Of a DNA stretch of 39,625 nucleotides, positions 33,734-39,625 are shown piece after piece (the first letter of the stretch is position 1; each line of letters begins with the position of its first letter). A program made the translations under genes and the position numbers. Below the pieces are notes generated by a model, which saw nothing but the letters and a program-made list of their open reading frames with translations, made no database searches and was not told the origin of the DNA. The stretch lies in contig CAYVCG010000008.1 in assembly GCA_964449985.1 (NCBI GenBank), forward strand, positions 7,805-47,429, written 5' to 3'. Source of the DNA: an uncultured Defluviitaleaceae bacterium. Its GTDB lineage: Bacteria > Bacillota > Clostridia > Lachnospirales > WRAX01.

Positions 33734-34630
33734 TTACGGATTAACCCTCATAGTGAAGGAAGCTTTTGCAGGAGTGCCATCCGGATGAGCTGGATATGTT
33801 GCTGTAATAACAGATACGCCTGCTTTAACAGCGACATAACGGTCAGCACCAACTATTTTAACTACGGATTCGTTAGAAGATGTCCATACTGGTTGAGCGT
33901 TTGCTCCTGTAGGAGTTGGAGTTCCTGTTGCACCTAAAGCACCAGTTGAACCAGCTTTAACGGAATATAAACCATTTGCAGCTGATGCATTGAATGTTAT
34001 CTTTGCAGTTTCTGCATATACAGCAAGACCTGGGTCTCCATCAGAAGAGCCTGGAAGTGTAAAGGAATATTCTACTCCGTTAACTAAAACAGTAAGAACA
34101 TCTCCAACTTTCCAGTTGGACATTGCATTTTTCTCATAAGTAAATGAATAATCTTCAAGAGCATTAACAACTGTTGAGAACTGAACTTTATCTCCGACTG
34201 ACGCTTCAATTGCAATTTCGCTACTTGCTTCAAAGTTTATACCGGAAATAATAAGTTTTTGAGCTGCGGAATTAAAGCTAATATTAACTACAGGCTCAAA
34301 AGAAATAGTTTCTTCATATTGTGCGCCGTTAAGGAGGATGATAATTTTATCCTTATGATTCCAGTCAATTCTGGAAGGATATGTAAACGCAACAACTCCG
34401 TCAGCGTCAGCCGTATATTGATCTAAATAATCAACGGCATCAAAATCAACCGCATTAATAAATGCTACTAATGAAACTTCCTCGCTTGCTTCAAACCCGT
34501 CGGCCGAAACAGATACGGTATTTTCATTAACGTTATAAGTAATCATGGGTTCTGCTGCCAAAGCAGTAAAACAAAATACTTGAAGCATAAGAACTAATGA
34601 CAATAAAGAAGCAAAAATTTGTTTTTTCAT
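33734..34630 (-). CDS. Secreted protein with two N-terminal repeat modules and a C-terminal bacterial Ig-like (Big_2) domain
   Basis: Signal peptide MKKQIFASLLSLVLMLQVFCFTALA. Big_2-like PVWTSSNESVVKIVGADRYVAVKAGVSVITATYP. An internal repeat is visible (TVSVSADGFEASEEVSLVAF versus LIISGINFEASSEIAIEASV). Confidence 0.75.
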   Translation of the reverse strand: MKKQIFASLLSLVLMLQVFCFTALAAEPMITYNVNENTVSVSADGFEASEEVSLVAFINAVDFDAVDYLDQYTADADGVVAFTYPSRIDWNHKDKIIILLNGAQYEETISFEPVVNISFNSAAQKLIISGINFEASSEIAIEASVGDKVQFSTVVNALEDYSFTYEKNAMSNWKVGDVLTVLVNGVEYSFTLPGSSDGDPGLAVYAETAKITFNASAANGLYSVKAGSTGALGATGTPTPTGANAQPVWTSSNESVVKIVGADRYVAVKAGVSVITATYPAHPDGTPAKASFTMRVNP

Positions 34631-35194
34631 TTTATTTCCTCGCCTTCTTCAAAAAATTGGATTTTTTTGTGTGCACAAAAAACTTCAGTTTTAAAATAAT
34701 GGTTTAATTAGCTTAATGCTTACATTAAACACGTTAACAACTTTCCTAATTAATGAATCGCCTCCTTAAATTGTCACTACAAAAAAAATTTTATTCATTG
34801 TAGCAACTAATAACTCAACAATCCGAACGCCCAACGATAACACTAATCATCTAATAGTGGGCATTCTTTAACAAGAAAGCTGCTACTAAGCCGTCATTTG
34901 ATCACTTTTGCCTTGCGGCAAAACAACATGGCAAACCAGAAAATGCAATGTTTTGAAAAAATGCACTAAACGGGGGACTTAGCGCATATTATCAAAAAAA
35001 CGTTGAAATCCTGACTTGCTATCAAACGACAGCTCAAAATGTTAATACGTCTAGCAAAAAACATGGTGTTATATAGGGGAACCCCCCTTTTGTATATATA
35101 ATACCATACATTAATATGATTAATCAAGTATTATTTAAAAAAATATATTAAATTTTTTGTGTTTACTTTAAAAAATAGTACAATTTGCTTATAA

Positions 35195-35223
35195 AATAAA
35201 AAAAGAGCGGTAAAAAACCGCCC
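35195..35223 (-). terminator. Rho-independent terminator after rubrerythrin
   Basis: The minus strand reads gggcgg-tttttta-ccgctc followed by a long T-run, starting 7 nt after the stop at 35230. Confidence 0.65.
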
Positions 35224-35229
35224 AAAATT

Positions 35230-35769
35230 CTAATAATTTTCCACTTTTATCTCAAAATGAGCCTGTGAATGGCCACAAACTGGACAAACCTTAATAGCCT
35301 TATCACCCACATGAACATGCCCACATATTTTGCATACCCATGCCTCGCTTTGATCTTTTTTAAAGACCTTGTCATTGTTGATATTATCTAAAAGCTTATT
35401 AAATCGCTCTTCATGAGTCTTTTCTATTTTACCTACAGCTTCAAACAGAAAAGCAATCTTGTCGAACCCTTCTTCCTTTGCCTGCCTTGCAAATTCCTCA
35501 TACATTTTTGTCCACTCAAAGTTCTCACCTTCAGCTGCATCTTTTAGGTTAATTTCAGTATCAGGAATATGCCCGTCTTTAACAAGCTTGAACCAAATTT
35601 TCGCATGTTGCATTTCATTATATGCAGTTTCCTCAAAGATATCGGCTATTTGCTCATAGCCATCCTTTCTGGCTTGTTTTGCATAATAAGTATATTTGTT
35701 TCTAGCCTGAGATTCACCCGCAAAAGCTGCCAATAAATTCGCCTCGGTCTTGCTACCTTTTAAATTCAT
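35230..35769 (-). CDS. rbr: Rubrerythrin
   Basis: Ferritin-like di-iron domain (TEANLLAAFAGESQARNKYTYYA, YNEMQHAKIW, EWTKMYEEFA, EKTHEERF). C-terminal rubredoxin CKICGH...CPVCGH. Confidence 0.95.
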   Translation of the reverse strand: MNLKGSKTEANLLAAFAGESQARNKYTYYAKQARKDGYEQIADIFEETAYNEMQHAKIWFKLVKDGHIPDTEINLKDAAEGENFEWTKMYEEFARQAKEEGFDKIAFLFEAVGKIEKTHEERFNKLLDNINNDKVFKKDQSEAWVCKICGHVHVGDKAIKVCPVCGHSQAHFEIKVENY

Positions 35770-35827
35770 AAAAAACCTCCTCGTTCGTTATGTTGATTGT
35801 TTTTTAAAAGCATATTGCATTAAAGCA

Positions 35828-36631
35828 CTATTCCTCATAAAAATCTCCAAACTGACGAAAACGGTCGTATCTTTCATTAAGCAGTTGCTCCGGTTGTTTG
35901 CCGGATAATATAAGAATATCCTCTAAAAGAGCATGTTTTAAAATATCTGCGGTACGCTCAAAATCATTATCAGCGCCGCCTTGCGCCTCTTCAATAATTC
36001 TGTCAATAACCTTTAGTTTGAACAAGTCTTTAGCTGTAAGCTTCATAACCTCGGCGGCTTCGTTTGCTCTGGAGCTGTCTTTCCATAAAATGCTGGCAAA
36101 ACCTTCCGGCGAAAGAACAGAATAAATAGAATTTTGAAGCATCCAAACCCTGTCTCCAACAGCAAGAGCCAACGCTCCGCCGCTGCCGCCTTCTCCGATA
36201 ATAATGGAAATAATCGGTATCCTAAGGCCGGACATCTCCGCAAGGTTTCGCGCTATTGCCTCGCCTTGGCCTCTTTCCTCTGCACTAACGCCGCAATACG
36301 CGCCGGATGTGTTTATAAACGTTATAACCGGGCGTTTAAACTTTTCTGCCTGCTTCATAAGACGAAGCGCTTTGCGGTAACCCTCAGGGTGAGGCGAACC
36401 AAAATTCCGCATTATATTTTCCTCTGTGGATTGGCCCTTTTGTATGCCGATAACAGTAACAGGCATACCATCAAGCGTTGCTATGCCACCCACAATAGCC
36501 TTGTCGTCCGCAAAGTTCCTATCACCATGAAACTCTATGAAGCCGTCAAATATATGTTTAATATACTGCAGCGCAGACGGACGATTCAGTTTTCTTGCGA
36601 TTTTAATTATGTCGGAAGCGCTGTTACTCAT
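35828..36631 (-). CDS. accA: Acetyl-CoA carboxylase carboxyltransferase alpha subunit
   Basis: [43 protein letters not shown] prefer the ATG at 36631 (GGAGGTG SD); it overlaps the accD stop in an ATGAGTAA junction. Confidence 0.92.
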   Translation of the reverse strand: MSNSASDIIKIARKLNRPSALQYIKHIFDGFIEFHGDRNFADDKAIVGGIATLDGMPVTVIGIQKGQSTEENIMRNFGSPHPEGYRKALRLMKQAEKFKRPVITFINTSGAYCGVSAEERGQGEAIARNLAEMSGLRIPIISIIIGEGGSGGALALAVGDRVWMLQNSIYSVLSPEGFASILWKDSSRANEAAEVMKLTAKDLFKLKVIDRIIEEAQGGADNDFERTADILKHALLEDILILSGKQPEQLLNERYDRFRQFGDFYEE

Positions 36632-37517
36632 TTGCAACACCTCCGTCAACATTATTTTGCGTGTGCAAAGCCAAAATATGGCTCAAAGTCTTCTTCATAT
36701 CCTCGCGCTTTACAATAGCGTCTATAAAGCCATGATCCAAAACATGCTCTGCTGTTTGGAAGCCATCCGGCAAGGTTTGTCTTATCGTTTGTTCAATAAC
36801 GCGCCTTCCCGCAAAACCGACCAACGCCTTTGGCTCTGCCAAAATAATATCGCCGAGCATAGCAAAGCTGGCAGTAACGCCGCCTGTTGTTGGGTCAGTC
36901 AAAACAGTCACATACAAAAGACCTTTTTCCGAATGCCGTTTTACCGCCGCGCTGACCTTCGCCATCTGCATGAGCGATATTATGCCTTCCTGCATTCTGG
37001 CTCCGCCGGATGCTGTGAAAACAACAACAGGAAGTTCGTTTTCAATTGCATGTTCAAAAGCCCTAGTAATTTTTTCTCCGACAACCGAACCCATACTGGC
37101 CATAATAAAGTTGGAATCCATAACGCAAATAACGCTTTTTGCACCACCGATTTCGCAAACGCCGGAAACAACAGCATCGTTCAAACCAGTGATCTGCTTA
37201 ATCTTTTTGATTTTGTTTTCATAGTCCGGGTAATCCAAAGGGTTTTTGGAAGATAAACCAGAGTCTATCTCAGTAAATGTGTTTTCGTCCACCGTCAAAG
37301 CGATTCTTTCATAAGCGCCAAGACGGAAACATCCGCCACAGCTAGGACAAACGGAATACACTCCCAATTCCTTCTTATATATAGTCTTTCCGCAACAAAT
37401 ACATTTTACCCATAAACCGTCAGGAATAATCGGCTCGTTTAAAACATCGTCCTGTTGGTCGTTTTTTTGCACATTAATATTTAACGAAACGTATTTTTTC
37501 TTTTTAAAAAGGTTCAA
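36624..37517 (-). CDS. accD: Acetyl-CoA carboxylase carboxyltransferase beta subunit
   Basis: N-terminal NLFKKKKY, zinc ribbon CICCGK...[30 protein letters not shown] start. Confidence 0.92.
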   Translation of the reverse strand: MNLFKKKKYVSLNINVQKNDQQDDVLNEPIIPDGLWVKCICCGKTIYKKELGVYSVCPSCGGCFRLGAYERIALTVDENTFTEIDSGLSSKNPLDYPDYENKIKKIKQITGLNDAVVSGVCEIGGAKSVICVMDSNFIMASMGSVVGEKITRAFEHAIENELPVVVFTASGGARMQEGIISLMQMAKVSAAVKRHSEKGLLYVTVLTDPTTGGVTASFAMLGDIILAEPKALVGFAGRRVIEQTIRQTLPDGFQTAEHVLDHGFIDAIVKREDMKKTLSHILALHTQNNVDGGVANE

Positions 37518-37522
37518 TTACA

Positions 37523-38869
37523 TCAAACCCCCAACATCCTGGAAATAAAATTGGTATCAAAGTCACCTTTTACAAAAACTTCATTGTTAAGCAAATCAAG
37601 TTGAAAATCAATATTTGTTTCTATACCCTTTATAACAAATTCGCTCAAAGCTCGTTTCATTTTTGCTATTGCTTCGTCCCGAGTTGGAGCGTGGGTTATA
37701 ACCTTCGCTATCATGGAGTCATAGTATGGCGGGATTGTATATCCTGCAAAAACCGCACTATCCACTCTAAGACCCATATTACCTGCGGGAAGGAATAAAT
37801 AATCAATCATTCCCGGGCAGGGAGCAAAACCACGATCAGGGCATTCGGCATTTATTCTGCATTCAATGGAATGGCCATAAATCGTAACATCGTCCTGAGT
37901 CAGGCTCAAGCGTTCGCCGTTTGCAATGCGTATCTGTTCTTTTACTATATCAATACCTGTAACCATTTCTGTTACAGGGTGTTCCACCTGTATTCTTGTG
38001 TTCATCTCCATGAAATAGAACTTTCCAGTTTTGTCATACAAAAACTCTATCGTTCCTGCGTTTTTATAACCCGCCGCTTTTGCTGCCAAAACAGCCGCTT
38101 CACCCATGGCTTTACGAACCTTGCTGGATATAACAATGGACGGGGCTTCTTCCAAAACCTTCTGGTTTCTTCTTTGCATAGAGCAGTCTCTCTCGCCCAG
38201 ATGCACCACATTGCCTAGCTCATCAGCAAGTATTTGCACTTCTATATGCTTTGCATCAGTAATTACTTTTTCTATATAAACTGTATCATCACCGAATGCG
38301 GCTTTTGCTTCGTTTCTAGCGGAGGTATAAGCGTTTTCTAAATCGTCCTCAGAATGAACGATACGTATACCTTTTCCGCCGCCACCCGCAGATGCCTTTA
38401 TCATAACAGGAAAACCGTATTGCTTGGCAAACTCCCCTGCTTCCTCCACGGATTCAATAGCTCCATCGCTACCCGGTATGACAGGAACGCCTGCCCGAAT
38501 CATGAGCCTTCTGGCGTTGGCTTTGTTGCCTAAAAGATCTATTGCTTCTGGGTCTGGCCCTATAAATTTTATGTTGCATTCGCCGCACATAGAAGCGAAA
38601 ACGCTGTTTTCCGCAAGAAATCCAAAGCCCGGATGTATTGCTTGCGCCTTTGTTTTATACGCGGCGCTTATTATGTTCTGCATGTTTAAGTAGCTGTCCC
38701 TCGCTCTGTTAGAGCCGATACAAACCGCCTCATCCGCTAACTGCGCATGAAGGGCGTCTCTGTCGCATTCGGAAAAAACAGCAACCGTTTGGATGCCCAT
38801 TTCTTTACACGCCCTAATAATTCTAACCGCTATTTCGCCGCGGTTTGCTATTAAGATTTTATTAAACAT
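37523..38869 (-). CDS. accC: Biotin carboxylase
   Basis: MFNKILIANRGEIAVRIIRA, ATP-grasp GGGGKGIR, and EMNTRIQVEHPVTE. Confidence 0.96.
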   Translation of the reverse strand: MFNKILIANRGEIAVRIIRACKEMGIQTVAVFSECDRDALHAQLADEAVCIGSNRARDSYLNMQNIISAAYKTKAQAIHPGFGFLAENSVFASMCGECNIKFIGPDPEAIDLLGNKANARRLMIRAGVPVIPGSDGAIESVEEAGEFAKQYGFPVMIKASAGGGGKGIRIVHSEDDLENAYTSARNEAKAAFGDDTVYIEKVITDAKHIEVQILADELGNVVHLGERDCSMQRRNQKVLEEAPSIVISSKVRKAMGEAAVLAAKAAGYKNAGTIEFLYDKTGKFYFMEMNTRIQVEHPVTEMVTGIDIVKEQIRIANGERLSLTQDDVTIYGHSIECRINAECPDRGFAPCPGMIDYLFLPAGNMGLRVDSAVFAGYTIPPYYDSMIAKVITHAPTRDEAIAKMKRALSEFVIKGIETNIDFQLDLLNNEVFVKGDFDTNFISRMLGV

Positions 38870-38893
38870 ATGAAACCCCCATACGCTTTTGTT

Positions 38894-39313
38894 TTAATCA
38901 AACATAAAAGTAAGCTCTGCTTCGCAAACCTTTTTATCCCCAACATATGCTATGCCCTTGCCTACGCCTGCAAGCGTTTTAAGTTTTAATATCTCCACCT
39001 CAAACCTAAGCGTATCGCCGGGAACGACTTTCGAGCGGAATTTCACCTTATCCAAAGCCGCAAAATAAGCAATTTTGCCCTTATATTCCTCCAACGATAA
39101 AACAGCACACGCACCAGCCTGAGCCATAGCCTCAACGATCAAAACGCCCGGCATAACCGGTTGAGAAGGGAAGTGCCCCTGAAAAAATTGCTCATTCATT
39201 GTGACGTTTTTCATAGCGACTATGCGCTTGCCGGGTTCTATCTCCAAAACCCTGTCTATCAATAAAAATGGGTAACGATGGGGTATTGTCTCCATTATTT
39301 GCATAACATCCAT
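38894..39313 (-). CDS. fabZ: 3-hydroxyacyl-ACP dehydratase
   Basis: [34 protein letters not shown]. 139 aa. AGGAGGGG SD. Confidence 0.95.
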   Translation of the reverse strand: MDVMQIMETIPHRYPFLLIDRVLEIEPGKRIVAMKNVTMNEQFFQGHFPSQPVMPGVLIVEAMAQAGACAVLSLEEYKGKIAYFAALDKVKFRSKVVPGDTLRFEVEILKLKTLAGVGKGIAYVGDKKVCEAELTFMFD

Positions 39314-39328
39314 AAAACAACCCCTCCT

Positions 39329-39625
39329 CTAAGCTATAACAAACAAACGCTGACCATATTCAACCATATCTTCGTTTTCAACGAGTATTTCAGCAACCGT
39401 TCCATCATAACTGCTCTTTATTTCGTTCATAACCTTCATAGCTTCTATGATGCATAAAACATCGCCCTTTTTCACCTTTGAGCCAACCTGAACAAACGGC
39501 GGCTTATCAGGAGCGGCGCTTTTATAAAACGTTCCTACTAATGGCGCTTCAATAACGTTGCCTTCAATTTTCGGAGGCTTAATTTCAGGAATAATCGTTT
39601 TTGGCTCATCTATAACCTCTGTAAC
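39329..39625 (-). CDS. accB: Biotin carboxyl carrier protein, C-terminal 98 aa (5' end outside the window)
   Basis: My translation of the minus strand is open to the window end and contains the biotinylation motif CIIEAMKVMNEI. The stop TAG is at 39331-39329. It is absent from the ORF track because it has no start codon in the window. Confidence 0.9.
   Translation of the reverse strand, partial: VTEVIDEPKTIIPEIKPPKIEGNVIEAPLVGTFYKSAAPDKPPFVQVGSKVKKGDVLCIIEAMKVMNEIKSSYDGTVAEILVENEDMVEYGQRLFVIA

Noticed and set aside
34930-34937. GGCAAACC string reminiscent of the c-di-GMP-I (GEMM) riboswitch
   Set aside because: The rest of the GEMM core (the GACGCAAAGC-type segment and the paired P1/P2 architecture) is absent. 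The motif is also on the plus strand, with no downstream plus-strand gene.
36134-37256. Two long plus-strand ORFs (194 and 239 aa)
   Set aside because: They are antisense to accA and accD, whose identities are unambiguous. These are typical shadow ORFs.
1-39625. CRISPR arrays, rRNA and tRNA genes
   Set aside because: No regularly spaced direct repeats, no rRNA-like conserved blocks and no cloverleaf-capable segments were seen in any intergenic region.

Overview
This 39.6 kb window looks like a low-GC Firmicutes (Clostridia-type) chromosome. Supporting signs are strong GGAGG ribosome-binding sites, an SLH-domain surface protein, rubrerythrin and an accB-fabZ-accC-accD-accA block. Almost everything is transcribed on the minus strand. 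I saw no rRNA, tRNA, CRISPR array, transposase or integrase. Ordinary content: an envelope-themed left flank (SLH protein, two tandem cyclophilin lipoproteins, an NlpC/P60 endopeptidase and an LD-carboxypeptidase), a yerC-pcrA-orf203-addA block, an acyl-CoA ligase with a TIM-barrel isomerase, a secreted Big_2 protein, rubrerythrin, and the fatty-acid initiation genes. The standout is a tightly packed nine-gene minus-strand operon of about 15.6 kb (6315-21962), with its own extended -10 promoter and a strong terminator. It encodes four Hsp70 paralogues that all lack the helical lid: one is fused to a C-terminal vWA domain and one has degenerate ATPase motifs. It also encodes a 645-aa protein with a GrpE-like C-terminus, a 390-aa TPR protein, an 898-aa helical-repeat protein, a 406-aa beta-rich protein and a 449-aa membrane-anchored coiled-coil protein. 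None of the nine products has a J-domain signature. This is not the housekeeping hrcA-grpE-dnaK-dnaJ locus, and I do not recognise it as a named system. I propose it as a self-contained, probably membrane-associated, specialised Hsp70 machine whose function is unknown (assembly or remodelling versus NTPase-based conflict or defence). Secondary curiosities: a ~140-nt rod-like inverted-repeat element at 4358-4499, a zinc-ribbon membrane protein with a ~130-aa Q/P-rich tract, an addA gene with no adjacent addB, and a ~600-bp ORF-free gap. All domain calls come from motif recognition by eye; no database search was run.
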